Source of the DNA: Candidatus Hadarchaeum sp.
Lineage (GTDB): Archaea; Hadarchaeota; Hadarchaeia; Hadarchaeales; Hadarchaeaceae
NCBI RefSeq assembly: GCF_038871235.1
Contig: NZ_JAVZIN010000010.1
Span: 1-60,813 of the forward strand
Direction of reading: 5' to 3'
Length of the DNA stretch: 60,813 nt
Part shown: positions 29,054 through 39,205 of the stretch, in pieces
How positions within the stretch are numbered: the first letter of the stretch is position 1
How the letters are laid out: each line of letters starts with the position of its first letter
Position numbers and translations under genes: made by a program
Notes under the pieces: model-generated
Databases searched by the model: none
The model's input: the letters and a program-made list of their open reading frames with translations, nothing else
What the model was told of the DNA's origin: nothing

Positions 29054-29386
29054 TCACCCCGTCTTCATCTGTATCTCAACTCCGACCGTTCTTTTGATTA
29101 GCTCTTGGAGTTCATCCCTTTCCGGAGCATATCCGGTTCTGTCTGGTATCTTAAGCACTAGGGGGACCAATCCCTTTTCTTGAATTCTTCGATTAAATTC
29201 TGGTCCGATTTCTTCCACAACTCGGTGAGTAATAAAAATCAGACCAATTTCGCCGTGCGTGAGGAATTCCTCCAATTTGGCCAGCGTCTTTTCTTTATCA
29301 GTGTGTACGTGCGCGAATCGGGCGCCAGCCAAATTGAATCCGGTTACTGTTTCGAGGTCTCCGATCACAGCGATTTTATAGCTCAA
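29054..29386 (-). CDS. atpF: A/V-type ATP synthase subunit F
   Basis: KIAVIGD.ETVTGFNLAG, IP, IKRTVG. Confidence 0.9.
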   Translation of the reverse strand: MSYKIAVIGDLETVTGFNLAGARFAHVHTDKEKTLAKLEEFLTHGEIGLIFITHRVVEEIGPEFNRRIQEKGLVPLVLKIPDRTGYAPERDELQELIKRTVGVEIQMKTG

Positions 29387-30509
29387 TTTTGGACACCACC
29401 CACATCTTTTCTTTTATTTTTTGGGGCTCAACTTTTTCCGCTTTGAGCCTCAGTATGGTCAGCAGGTTTCTAACCTCCGTTTCCTTCAATAGTATGTATA
29501 AAATCACCGGAGCTAGGCTGAAAATATGAGTCACCGCTTGCTCCCGGAATACTTTCAGCCGCAGCTCATCTAGCGCCCTTTCAGCGGCGGAAATTCCTAA
29601 GACTTCCATCTGTGGGAGCAGATTCAGCAGAACCATTCCGTAAGAAGTTCGTGAAATCGCGTCCAGCCCCGATTTAATATTTTCCGCATACGTCATGTCT
29701 TTGAGCATCCCTTCAGTTAACAGGTAAGACGGACGAATAAGGTACTTATCTATTTCCTCCGGAGGCACGCCCTCGTTTTTCAGCCTCAAGATAAGCTTAA
29801 TGTTTACGATATCGATCTCACTCCCGATCATCTTAGTTAAAATTTCTCGCTGGGGTTTGGTCCGGTTTACCTCCTCCCACAGGGCGGTGTAATAATGAAA
29901 GTCAAGCGCGGAGAGCAGGGCTAGCAATCCTCGTTCCCTATAGTCTTTTAGTGCGGCATTTAGAATGGGAAAATATTCGCTTTCCTTTAGGAATTCCAAC
30001 AGCTGGTCGAAATTTTTCACCGAGGTTAGCATCTCGAGCTTTTCCCTCGTCATCGTGGGAGAACACATATAGTGTTTTAGGTCATCCTCAATTGGAACAC
30101 CGCTGTGAATCGCGGTGATGATTGCCTTTAAGCCCCAAATTTCCCATTTCTTGAGTAGTCTTTCCACAGTTTCCTTTCGCTGTCTAGGAACTATTTTTAG
30201 GATTTCCCGGTAGCGATGGTTCAAATGGTCTTTTAATATAACTTCAGCCTTTTTCACGTCGACCACTCCATCTTTGACTATTTCAGCTAAGAGTGGCCGG
30301 TATTCAGTGTCATCGAGCAAAGTGAGTAAATTTTCCACTGTTGGAGCTTCAACCATTTCCATGAGTCGGTTCTCTTTTAACAGTTTAGCCTCCCAAGCGC
30401 TTATCATTGCTCCACAGTAAATGTAGGGCACGGTCCTTCTAGCGTGGAGCACGATCAGGATGGAGATAAGCCCTATGATGCCAAAGATTATAATCAATAT
30501 TTCAGTCAT
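29376..30509 (-). CDS. atpC: A/V-type ATP synthase subunit C
   Basis: EIDIVNIK..LRLK, KETEVRNL; operon position. Confidence 0.88.
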   Translation of the reverse strand: MTEILIIIFGIIGLISILIVLHARRTVPYIYCGAMISAWEAKLLKENRLMEMVEAPTVENLLTLLDDTEYRPLLAEIVKDGVVDVKKAEVILKDHLNHRYREILKIVPRQRKETVERLLKKWEIWGLKAIITAIHSGVPIEDDLKHYMCSPTMTREKLEMLTSVKNFDQLLEFLKESEYFPILNAALKDYRERGLLALLSALDFHYYTALWEEVNRTKPQREILTKMIGSEIDIVNIKLILRLKNEGVPPEEIDKYLIRPSYLLTEGMLKDMTYAENIKSGLDAISRTSYGMVLLNLLPQMEVLGISAAERALDELRLKVFREQAVTHIFSLAPVILYILLKETEVRNLLTILRLKAEKVEPQKIKEKMWVVSKIEL

Positions 30510-31135
30510 CGGGATCCTTCAAATAACAGTTTTGCCACCCTCACCCTCAGCACGTCGGTTAATCTTTGGATGATTCCTTCAAAGGTTTGATCGATCTCGA
30601 TTTTTCCATCAGCGGTTGCCACTTTGACCCCTCCCGTTGTTTCAATCGGTTCGCCTAAGGAAATGTTGATGTTTCTGTTGCCCGCATTCAACTCGCGGAC
30701 GATGGTGTTTTTTAATGATTTGAGCGTTTCCAAGTCCCGCTGGTTAACTCTGATTATAATATCGTTTGAGCCAAGTTGTCTACAGGCGTCTACGATCATC
30801 CTGGCGAGATCCTCTTTGTACTCTGGTGTGAGGGCGTGTTTTCGCAGCTTTTCTTCGGCTTCTTTAAATACTCTTTGGATTATCTGTTCTTTTTCCCTGA
30901 GAAGTTCCTTCCTCGCCTCGACTTTTGCCTGAGCCAATATCTCTGCATATGTTTGACGTCCCTTGATTTCAGCATCCTTTAGCTTTAGTTTTTCCTCCTC
31001 CTCAGCGTTTATCTTAGTGGAGTCGATTATTGCGCTTGCTTGTTGGGTTGCCTCTTGAATGATCAAAGCTGCTTTTTCTTCGGCTTCTCTCAAGATATCT
31101 TCAGCTAACAATCTTGCGCCTTTTTCAGCCTGCAA
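30506..31135 (-). CDS. atpE: A/V-type ATP synthase subunit E
   Basis: N-terminal coiled coil, GGV, IDQTFE, VAKLLF. Confidence 0.88.
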   Translation of the reverse strand: MQAEKGARLLAEDILREAEEKAALIIQEATQQASAIIDSTKINAEEEEKLKLKDAEIKGRQTYAEILAQAKVEARKELLREKEQIIQRVFKEAEEKLRKHALTPEYKEDLARMIVDACRQLGSNDIIIRVNQRDLETLKSLKNTIVRELNAGNRNINISLGEPIETTGGVKVATADGKIEIDQTFEGIIQRLTDVLRVRVAKLLFEGSR

Positions 31136-31146
31136 GGTAGTCCCCT

Positions 31147-31638
31147 CTACAATACGCCTATGAAGGTTAGCATGAGTATGGTGGCTAGAAATCCAAGTAT
31201 GGCATATAGTTCTACCGCAACGGTGTACATCAATCCCACGGAGAAGACCTCAGGCCTTTTTGCGAAGGCAGAAATACCGGCGGAAGCGACCAATCCTTGT
31301 GGATAAGATGTAAATCCCTGCAGAATAACAGGAACAGTTGCAGCCAAGACGGCCAGTCCAACAATTCCTGGTTTGGCCATCTCTGGGATCACGCTGCTGG
31401 GCGCAAGACCGGCACCGATTATGACCAAAAATCCAGCAACGAAGCCGTATATCCCTTGGGTTCCAGGCAACAGCTGGAATACAAAGGCTTTGTAGGCTTT
31501 CTTTGGGTCCTCGCTGGCAACTGCCGCCGCTGCAACTCCGGCTATGCCGACGCCCATACCTGCCATTACTCCTGGGATTCCGATGGCCAATCCAGCCGCC
31601 AAGGCAATCCAGATTCCTTCGACCGCCAGCTTCATCAC
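31147..31638 (-). CDS. atpK: A/V-type ATP synthase proteolipid c/K (4 TM, single Glu)
   Basis: LPGTQGIYG, SYPQG, VELYAILG. Confidence 0.9.
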   Translation of the reverse strand: MMKLAVEGIWIALAAGLAIGIPGVMAGMGVGIAGVAAAAVASEDPKKAYKAFVFQLLPGTQGIYGFVAGFLVIIGAGLAPSSVIPEMAKPGIVGLAVLAATVPVILQGFTSYPQGLVASAGISAFAKRPEVFSVGLMYTVAVELYAILGFLATILMLTFIGVL

Positions 31639-33644
31639 CTCCTTTTTATTTTAGTGAATCTCCTTATAACCTTAAAGGGAGAGAACTTGTTGCCTTCTCC
31701 CTCATAGAATTTTCCAAAGAACTCAACATAGTGCAGACGCAGAGTATGGTTGAATGCCCCGAGGCTTTGAATAAAAATGTTGAAGCAGTGGGCCACGAAG
31801 AGCACGGCCCCGATTATTATCATCAGGAGGATTGCTAATACGCCCGAAATCGCAGCAAGTGGTGGCGATAAGCTCTCGTACAACCAGATGCCGATGTAAT
31901 TTATCGCAAAGGCTATAATACTGGTAGCTATGCTAAGCGCCATTAGCCTTGTGTAAGATGCTGCGTCAGCTATAAGCGAGCTTAGCCCATAGACAACGTT
32001 AATGGGGCCGCTTATTTTACCAAGACCAGTTGCCATAATCGAGGCACCAAACATCTCGATAATTAATCCGGAAAAAAAGAGCAGCCTAAAAACGACGACC
32101 AGCGTTGGGGCGGCTATAAAAGGATTGAAGACGTCGAAAAGCTTCAGCTTGGGGAAGACGAAGTTTATTCCGAACTCAAGCAGACCAATCCCGAGGACGC
32201 AGAAGATCATTCCGAAGAATCCGACGATGATCAATATGTGGGGAATGTGATTAAGTACCATCAGTTTCCATTTTTTTCTGAGGATATCTTTGGCAACATT
32301 GATTGAATAACCTAGGATGAGGTGAAATATTCCAAGAAACACGGCAATTTTGAGTATTGGTATGGGATTTTCCATGACGTTGATCCAAAGAGGAGCTATA
32401 CCGAACCATCCACCGATCAGGGCCCCGATGATGATGGTGAGCCCAGAGCTCAACAGAAGTATCATTTTCAACTTTTTGGGAAAAATTTTGGTCAACTGAA
32501 TACCGGAAAGCAGGAAAATTGCAACTAGAAGACCATAAGCGGCATCGGATAGACAAAGGGCGAAAAATAGAGGAAAAGTTATCGATATAAATGGCGTAGG
32601 TTCTATCTCATCGTATTTAGGTGTGCTGAACGTTTCGGTTATAATCTCAAAATCGCTGACTAGCTTTGGATTCTCAAACTGCGATGGGACAGATTCCACT
32701 TCCTCCGCTTTAGGATCATATACCCTGACGACATGGATCCCATTGGTTACAGGAGCCAGTAGTGAGTCGATATTCGCCTTTTTCTTGGGAACCCAGCCCT
32801 CGATTATTACCGTGTTCTCGGTTTGGCCAAAAAACTTCGAGCATTTTAGGCGCTCAATTTGGATTTCAAGCAACTCAACCGTGGTATTTACGGCAACGGA
32901 ATTTGCCCTCGCGAAATCCTTTTTTTTGTCCTCAAATCCCAATCTTTCCTCTTCAAGCCTTTTTAGCTCCTTCTCGAGCTTCTTTAGAGCCTCGCTTGCC
33001 GTCTCATAGTAGGGTGGAATCTCCATTAGTTCCACGCCGAACCGGTATAAGATCGGCAATAGCTTTTGTTGATCCTTGGTCCGGCACACCGTTATGAAAT
33101 TTTTCTTCTTTCCTTTTCCAAAAAAAGTTATGAACACTTTATAGTCAAGTGCGGCAGTGATTTCGTTGGAGAGTTCTTGCACAAGCTCCGCAGCGACCGA
33201 GCCGGCGAGAGTCCTGATCTCGTCCGTTGTTTTAAGGTAGCTGAGGGGGGATTCTATCTCAACGAACTTTTTCAGGACTTCCATTTTAGTGATTAGTTCA
33301 ATTTTTTTCTCGCTCAGTTTACTTTCTGTTTCTCTGAGCGAGTTGAATTTGGCTTCGATAGCTTTCAGCAGCTTTTCTGCTTTGGCGATGGTTGCTGTGC
33401 TCGTTTCCTCTTCGACTTCCACGACCTTGTTAGAAGGGCCAACGAACTCTTGGATTTCTTTCAGTCGGTTGAGCAAAGATGAAAGCTTGTAGACCTCTTC
33501 ACCTACAGCCATCCTTCCGATTTCAGGCTCCGTGACCTCCTTGAATTGTACGATGCCCTGCTCATGGAGCGTTGCGATTACCTCCCCATATAGCCTTCTT
33601 GGAAAAATGGCCAGAAACCGCTGCATCCTCATGGTTCTAAACAT
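31635..33644 (-). CDS. atpI: A/V-type ATP synthase subunit I/a
   Basis: EGWVP, PKYDEIEPT, SYTRLMAL essential Arg, LRLHYVEFFGKFY. Confidence 0.92.
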   Translation of the reverse strand: MFRTMRMQRFLAIFPRRLYGEVIATLHEQGIVQFKEVTEPEIGRMAVGEEVYKLSSLLNRLKEIQEFVGPSNKVVEVEEETSTATIAKAEKLLKAIEAKFNSLRETESKLSEKKIELITKMEVLKKFVEIESPLSYLKTTDEIRTLAGSVAAELVQELSNEITAALDYKVFITFFGKGKKKNFITVCRTKDQQKLLPILYRFGVELMEIPPYYETASEALKKLEKELKRLEEERLGFEDKKKDFARANSVAVNTTVELLEIQIERLKCSKFFGQTENTVIIEGWVPKKKANIDSLLAPVTNGIHVVRVYDPKAEEVESVPSQFENPKLVSDFEIITETFSTPKYDEIEPTPFISITFPLFFALCLSDAAYGLLVAIFLLSGIQLTKIFPKKLKMILLLSSGLTIIIGALIGGWFGIAPLWINVMENPIPILKIAVFLGIFHLILGYSINVAKDILRKKWKLMVLNHIPHILIIVGFFGMIFCVLGIGLLEFGINFVFPKLKLFDVFNPFIAAPTLVVVFRLLFFSGLIIEMFGASIMATGLGKISGPINVVYGLSSLIADAASYTRLMALSIATSIIAFAINYIGIWLYESLSPPLAAISGVLAILLMIIIGAVLFVAHCFNIFIQSLGAFNHTLRLHYVEFFGKFYEGEGNKFSPFKVIRRFTKIKRR

Positions 33645-33960
33645 GAGTTCGCCCCAGGACAACATCAAAAATTAACTTGACAGCATCGGAGGCGCGATCT
33701 TTGGCTTCTTTAATTATTTTCTGTTTTTGTTGCTGAGCTTCGTCAAGCAGTTTTTTGGCGTCAAGCTCGGCCTTTTTCTGGCATTCTTCGAGCAGCTTTT
33801 TGATTTTTAGCTGGGTCGTGGCCTCATATCTTTCCCTGATTTTTTCGGCTTCTTTTCTAGCGGATTCGAGCAAAGCCGTTGCTTCTCGCTGGGCCTCCTC
33901 AATCCTTTTCCTTGCCTTTTGCTCGGCTTCGAATATGAGTCGAAGTTCTTCGTTGACCAA
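33637..33960 (-). CDS. A/V-type ATP synthase subunit H/G (peripheral stalk)
   Basis: Charged coiled coil IFEAEQKA..IEEA; first gene of the membrane-arm operon. Confidence 0.8.
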   Translation of the reverse strand: MVNEELRLIFEAEQKARKRIEEAQREATALLESARKEAEKIRERYEATTQLKIKKLLEECQKKAELDAKKLLDEAQQQKQKIIKEAKDRASDAVKLIFDVVLGRTHV

Positions 33961-34220
33961 ATCGTCACCTTCTGCTTATGGTTAATGGAAGGCCCAATAA
34001 AAGTTTTTCTTGAACAACAGCTCTTCAAGGGCCTTTTTTTAGTTGATTTATTCGCCCGAAACAGTTGGTATTTAATTGATGTTTGCCGTTATTTTGTGTT
34101 GTAAACTGAAAGCCCAGATCTGTTTTTATGGTTAAATCAGTAAAAGTTATTTTTTGAACGGAAAAAGTAGGAAGGCAAACTCATAAAAGCGTTGTTTCTA
34201 AAAATAATGGGGGCTATAAA

Positions 34221-36011
34221 GTGGGAAAAATTACCAGGATTACTGGGCCTGTCGTTATTGCAGATGATATGCGTGGTTCAGAGATGTATGAGTTGGTTCG
34301 GGTTGGCGAAGAGAAGCTGATGGGAGAGATAATCGGACTAACTGGTGATCGGGCAACCATTCAAGTCTACGAGGAGACCGCGGGCATAAAACCCGGTGAA
34401 AGGGTCGAGGGAACGGGAAGACCCTTGTCGGTCGAGCTGGGGCCGGGGCTGATCGGTTCTATTTACGATGGAACCCAAAGGCCATTGACCATAATTCGTA
34501 GTAAAGTTGGTGATATGGTAAAAAGGGGAGTTTTTGCCCCCGCTCTTTCTCGGGAGACAAAGTGGGAGTTTATCCCCAAGGTTAAAAGGGGAGCTGGGGT
34601 TGTTGAGGGAGACATTTTGGGAACAGTGAAGGAGAGTCGCTTGGTTGAGCACAGGATACTAGTTCCACCGGGCATTTGTGGCAAGGTTTTGGAGATTTCA
34701 GATGGGCAGCATAAGGTAGAAGATGTAGTTGCTGTGATTGAAACACCTGCTGGCAAAAAGGACATTCGAATGATGCAAGTTTGGCCCGTCAGGCGCCCAC
34801 GTCCCTTTAAAAGAAAATTGGAAGCAATTCAACCGCTGCTCACGGGCCAACGTGTTGCCGATACCTTCTTCCCGATTGTAAAAGGTGGGACTGCCGCAAT
34901 TCCAGGCGGTTTTGGAACGGGCAAGACAGTTTTTCTCCATCAGGTCGCCAAGTGGGCCGATGCTGACGTTATCACTTATGTAGGTGCTGGTGAGCGCGGC
35001 AATGAGATGTGTGATGTGTTGATACACTTTCCCGAGCTTAAGGACCCCAGAACAGGAGAATCTTTGATGCAGAGGACCACGCTGATAGCCAACACATCTA
35101 ATATGCCGGTAGCTGCCAGAGAAGCAGGCGTTTACACCGGCATCACTATCGCCGAGTATTTCCGGGACATGGGATACGAGGTGGCGCTGATGGCCGATTC
35201 CACATCCAGGTGGGCCGAGGCCATGCGTGAAATATCTGGCCGGCTTGAAGAGATGCCTGGAGAGGAGGGTTTCCCTGCATATTTAGCCTCACGATTGGCC
35301 GAGTTCTACGAAAGGGCAGGCCGTGTACAAACTCTAGGTTCCGACGAGCGTTTCGGTTCCGTCACCGTGCTCGGTGCTGTTTCGCCTCCGGGAGGAGATT
35401 TGTCGGAACCGGTTTCTCAGAACACACTTCGAATTGTTAAGGTGTTCTGGGCTCTCGACACAAGTTTGGCTTACCGCCGGCACTTTCCCGCCATAAACTG
35501 GCTCACCAGTTACTCATTATACGTCGACAACATCAAGGATTGGTGGAAATCAAAAACTGGGGAGGAATGGAAGGACCTGCGTGATGAGGCGATAGCGATG
35601 TTGCAGCGAGAGGCGGAGTTGGAAGAAATAGTTAAGCTGGTTGGCCCCGATGCGCTGCCGGAGCCGGAGCGAGCATTACTTGAATCGGCTCGAATGATGC
35701 GGGAGGACTTTCTCCAGCAGTTCGCCCTTCATGAGGTCGATACCTACTGTCCCCCTGAGAAGCAGATCGGGATGCTGAAGATAATAATTAACTTTTATCA
35801 CAATGCAGTTGAGGCGGCCAAGCGGGGGATCCCTGTTGAGGAAATAAGAAAACTTCCAGTCAAGGAGGATATCGCTGGAATGAAAAGACTTCCGGCAGAA
35901 AAATTTGTCAAGGAGCAGGGAAGAATTGAGAAGCATCTCAAAGAGCAGTTTGATTACTTATTGAAGACGAAGAAAGCCCCAGAAGCGGGGACGAAAAGCA
36001 CTGAGGGATAA
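34221..36011 (+). CDS. atpA: A/V-type ATP synthase subunit A
   Basis: [10 protein letters not shown]-loop, [24 protein letters not shown]; no intein. Confidence 0.96.
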   Translation: MGKITRITGPVVIADDMRGSEMYELVRVGEEKLMGEIIGLTGDRATIQVYEETAGIKPGERVEGTGRPLSVELGPGLIGSIYDGTQRPLTIIRSKVGDMVKRGVFAPALSRETKWEFIPKVKRGAGVVEGDILGTVKESRLVEHRILVPPGICGKVLEISDGQHKVEDVVAVIETPAGKKDIRMMQVWPVRRPRPFKRKLEAIQPLLTGQRVADTFFPIVKGGTAAIPGGFGTGKTVFLHQVAKWADADVITYVGAGERGNEMCDVLIHFPELKDPRTGESLMQRTTLIANTSNMPVAAREAGVYTGITIAEYFRDMGYEVALMADSTSRWAEAMREISGRLEEMPGEEGFPAYLASRLAEFYERAGRVQTLGSDERFGSVTVLGAVSPPGGDLSEPVSQNTLRIVKVFWALDTSLAYRRHFPAINWLTSYSLYVDNIKDWWKSKTGEEWKDLRDEAIAMLQREAELEEIVKLVGPDALPEPERALLESARMMREDFLQQFALHEVDTYCPPEKQIGMLKIIINFYHNAVEAAKRGIPVEEIRKLPVKEDIAGMKRLPAEKFVKEQGRIEKHLKEQFDYLLKTKKAPEAGTKSTEG

Positions 36012-36012
36012 G

Positions 36013-37389
36013 ATGAAAAGCCGCGAATATTTGACGGTGACGGAGGTCTACGGCCCCCTGATGGTAGTTGAGGGGGTTGGCGGCGTAGCCTACGGAGAGG
36101 TGGTCGACATTACTACGCCGGATGGGGAGATCAAGCATGGTCAGGTTCTGGATGCTTATGAGGACCGTGCCGTGGTTCAGGTGTATGAGGGCACCAGAGG
36201 CATAGACACTTTCAAGACGAAGGTCAGGTTCAGAGGCGAGACAGTAAAGTTCGGTGTCGGCATGGAGCTGCTGGGCAGGATTTTCAGCGGTAGGGGTGCT
36301 CCGATAGATGGTGGACCCAAGCCGATATTTGAGGACGAGTGGGATGTTTACGGATCCCCGATAAATCCGTCCGCTCGCGAGTATCCAAACGAGTTCATTC
36401 AGACCGGCATTTCTGTCATAGACGGCATGAACACATTGGTTCGGGGTCAGAAGTTGCCCATTTTCTCCGGTGCCGGTTTGCCGCACAATGAACTGGTGGC
36501 CCAGATAGCTAGACAGGCCAAGGTCTTGGACGAGGAGGAAAGATTCGCCGTGGTTTTTTGCGGAATGGGAATTACCCACGAGGAGGCGGCTTTCTTTATC
36601 AAGGACTTTGAAAGAAGTGGAGCCATTGAGCGCGCGACCGTCTTTCTGAATTTAGCTAACGATCCCGCCATTGAGCGGATTCTCACACCTAGGCTTGCCC
36701 TAACCACAGCCGAATACTTGGCCTTTGTCCAAGGAATGCATGTGCTGGTGATCCTGACAGATATGACCAATTACTGCGAGGCGCTTCGGGAGGTTTCTGC
36801 TGCCAGGGGTGAGGTGCCTGGCAGAAGAGGATATCCCGGATATATGTACACAGACTTGGCCACTGTCTATGAGCGTGCAGGCAGGATCAAAGGTAAAAGC
36901 GGTTCGGTCACCCAGATGCCGGTCTTGACGATGCCAGGCGATGACATCACTCACCCGATTCCAGATCTCACCGGTTACATAACCGAAGGGCAGTTGGTCA
37001 TGGATCGGGAACTCCACCGGAAGGGAATTTATCCCCCGATAAACCCGCTTCCTTCTCTTTCTAGGTTAATGAAGGACGGTATTGGGGCCGGACACACACG
37101 TGAGGATCACATGGATGTTTCGAACCAGCTCTATGCTGCCTACGCCGAGGGAAGAGACCTCAGGGCGCTGGTGGCTGTTGTCGGTGAGGAGGCTCTGACA
37201 GACAGGGATCGCGGCTATTTGGCCTTTGCCGATCGGTTTGAGAGAGAGTTCGTGAATCAGGGCCGTGATGAGAACAGGTCAATCGACACCACACTTGACT
37301 TGGGTTGGGAGCTTTTGCGTACCCTGCCAGAATCTGAGCTTAAGCGTGTTGACCCCAAGTTCATCGCCAAGTATCTGAAACCGAAATAG
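36013..37389 (+). CDS. atpB: A/V-type ATP synthase subunit B
   Basis: [38 protein letters not shown]. Confidence 0.96.
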   Translation: MKSREYLTVTEVYGPLMVVEGVGGVAYGEVVDITTPDGEIKHGQVLDAYEDRAVVQVYEGTRGIDTFKTKVRFRGETVKFGVGMELLGRIFSGRGAPIDGGPKPIFEDEWDVYGSPINPSAREYPNEFIQTGISVIDGMNTLVRGQKLPIFSGAGLPHNELVAQIARQAKVLDEEERFAVVFCGMGITHEEAAFFIKDFERSGAIERATVFLNLANDPAIERILTPRLALTTAEYLAFVQGMHVLVILTDMTNYCEALREVSAARGEVPGRRGYPGYMYTDLATVYERAGRIKGKSGSVTQMPVLTMPGDDITHPIPDLTGYITEGQLVMDRELHRKGIYPPINPLPSLSRLMKDGIGAGHTREDHMDVSNQLYAAYAEGRDLRALVAVVGEEALTDRDRGYLAFADRFEREFVNQGRDENRSIDTTLDLGWELLRTLPESELKRVDPKFIAKYLKPK

Positions 37390-37469
37390 TGCGCTCGTGA
37401 CTCAAGATCTTCATCATCAGATCAGAAGCTCGTGTCGTCATCGCGCAATAGAAAATTGGGTTGTTGATC

Positions 37470-38600
37470 TTAAAACGATATTTCTAGGGGCCGGCAGAAA
37501 TTTTTCTCAACGATTTTTTTGATCTTCGGTAGTGCTCGCTTGTATTTGGCGCGGTGTTCTTTGAGGTAGTTCTTCATCATCTCGATAGCTCTGGTTTTAC
37601 ACTCACCACAGATCATCTTTCCTGACCTGCAGAGCTCGTTGATTTCAAGCAGTTCATTATCATCAGGCATCAGGTGGTAAACGTAGAGTTCGTAGACGCG
37701 GCACTTGGAGGGATCTCCACCTAGACGGCGCTGCTCGGCGGCGGTGGGGAGACCGCCGGTAAAGGCGTTTCTTATTTTTTTCTCTAGATCCTCGTCGGAA
37801 TCGGTAAGAAATATCGCGGTTTCCGGCCGGCTGCTGGACATCTTGTCGCCGGTCAACCCGGGCAGTAACCGGTGATAAGTAGAGGATGGTAAGATGAACC
37901 TGAGGTCTTTTTGGAATCGGGCCGCTACATCCCTTGCTAAGCGAATGTGGGGGTCTTGGTCTATCCCAACAGGAATCACGGTCGGGCGCGGGCCGCCGAA
38001 CTCCTCCAACTGTGGGTGTAATATGTCCGCTATGTCGATCATCGGGTAGAAAATTTGCGAGATGCTCGACTCTCCAGAAAATCCATAGATGGCCTTCATT
38101 TCGCTGAAGTTTACCTTCTTCGCGAGTAGAAAGGCAAGATGTCTTACCGAGTTATTTGTGGATTGGAAGTAGACATGGCAGCGCTCCAGATTCAAACCAA
38201 GCGCGTAGTAATTGGCTAAATATTCCTCAATGGCCAATTTTTTCGATTGCTCGAACGAAATCCCGCGGGCGGAATAGGCCTCTAGATCGGCCACGCAGAG
38301 GAAGATGTCCGATTTTTTCTCCTGATACCAAATCAGCTGATCGATGACCAGCTTGTGGCCAAGGTGCATCTTTCCACTCGGCATTAGTCCGGTCATGACG
38401 GCGAAATTTTCCCCCTTATCCATCGCGCTCAATATTCGCTCAAAATCACGGTGCCCGAAAATTATCTTTCTTCTCATCAGCGGGTGGGGATTGGATATTT
38501 TCTGGAGTAAATTTTCGAAAGGAGAAATCCCGAACTCTTCCATGACCCGGCTGTAGTTCTCAGGAATGGTCGCTCCCCAAGGATCGAGTTTTATGGTCAT
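37470..38600 (-). CDS. trpS: Tryptophan-tRNA ligase
   Basis: PSGKMHLGH (HIGH-like), GIDQDPH, KMSSS. Confidence 0.93.
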   Translation of the reverse strand: MTIKLDPWGATIPENYSRVMEEFGISPFENLLQKISNPHPLMRRKIIFGHRDFERILSAMDKGENFAVMTGLMPSGKMHLGHKLVIDQLIWYQEKKSDIFLCVADLEAYSARGISFEQSKKLAIEEYLANYYALGLNLERCHVYFQSTNNSVRHLAFLLAKKVNFSEMKAIYGFSGESSISQIFYPMIDIADILHPQLEEFGGPRPTVIPVGIDQDPHIRLARDVAARFQKDLRFILPSSTYHRLLPGLTGDKMSSSRPETAIFLTDSDEDLEKKIRNAFTGGLPTAAEQRRLGGDPSKCRVYELYVYHLMPDDNELLEINELCRSGKMICGECKTRAIEMMKNYLKEHRAKYKRALPKIKKIVEKNFCRPLEISF

Positions 38601-39140
38601 TCAGGGTCTCTCCCTAGTTACTGAGTAGTAAGTTATATCCCCCTCATCATCGACCACTGCCCAGACTATCCTCTTTCGAACACTGTGAGCCAGCCTGACG
38701 GCCCTGGCCAGTTCCGTCGGCGTCATCTTCACACCCTCGGGTATGGCGTGGACCAGAAATTTGGAGTGGGCCTCTCCTGGTTTTTCACCACGCTCGTAGA
38801 CACGAAAGTGCGCACCAAACTTTAAACCAGTTTTGACGATGTATCCTCTCGAGCGAAGATCAGCATACGCCGCGTACTTGAGTATCAGGTCAGGGTCGGT
38901 TTCGGTGAATTTATCCGCCAGAGCCTTGAAGCTCAGCTTGTTACCCTCTTCATCGGTTATGGTTATTTTTCCGGAGTCCAGCAAGTAGAGAGCCTCAACA
39001 GGTGCCAGCTGGAGCTTGCCCCCGCTGAGAGGTTTACCGTAAAAGCCACGCTGGTAGAGCTGGTTCGCCTGAGCTTCGTCCCAGACTATTATCTTTCCCC
39101 GATAGAGCCTAGCTTCTGTAACGGCACCTTCGGCCTCCAT
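38601..39140 (-). CDS. endA: tRNA-intron endonuclease, single-unit catalytic subunit
   Basis: VEALYL, GLKFGAHFRVY (Tyr), HS (His), VRK (Lys); adjacent to trpS. Confidence 0.92.
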   Translation of the reverse strand: MEAEGAVTEARLYRGKIIVWDEAQANQLYQRGFYGKPLSGGKLQLAPVEALYLLDSGKITITDEEGNKLSFKALADKFTETDPDLILKYAAYADLRSRGYIVKTGLKFGAHFRVYERGEKPGEAHSKFLVHAIPEGVKMTPTELARAVRLAHSVRKRIVWAVVDDEGDITYYSVTRERP

Positions 39141-39205
39141 ACTATTCCCCCTCTAAAATATCCAACCACGGTTAAGAAGATTGCTTTAAGATTCGGTGGG
39201 GCAGT

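Noticed and set aside
34221-36011. Intein in ATP synthase subunit A
   Set aside because: Length is 596 aa and GTGKTV is contiguous at the usual insertion site.
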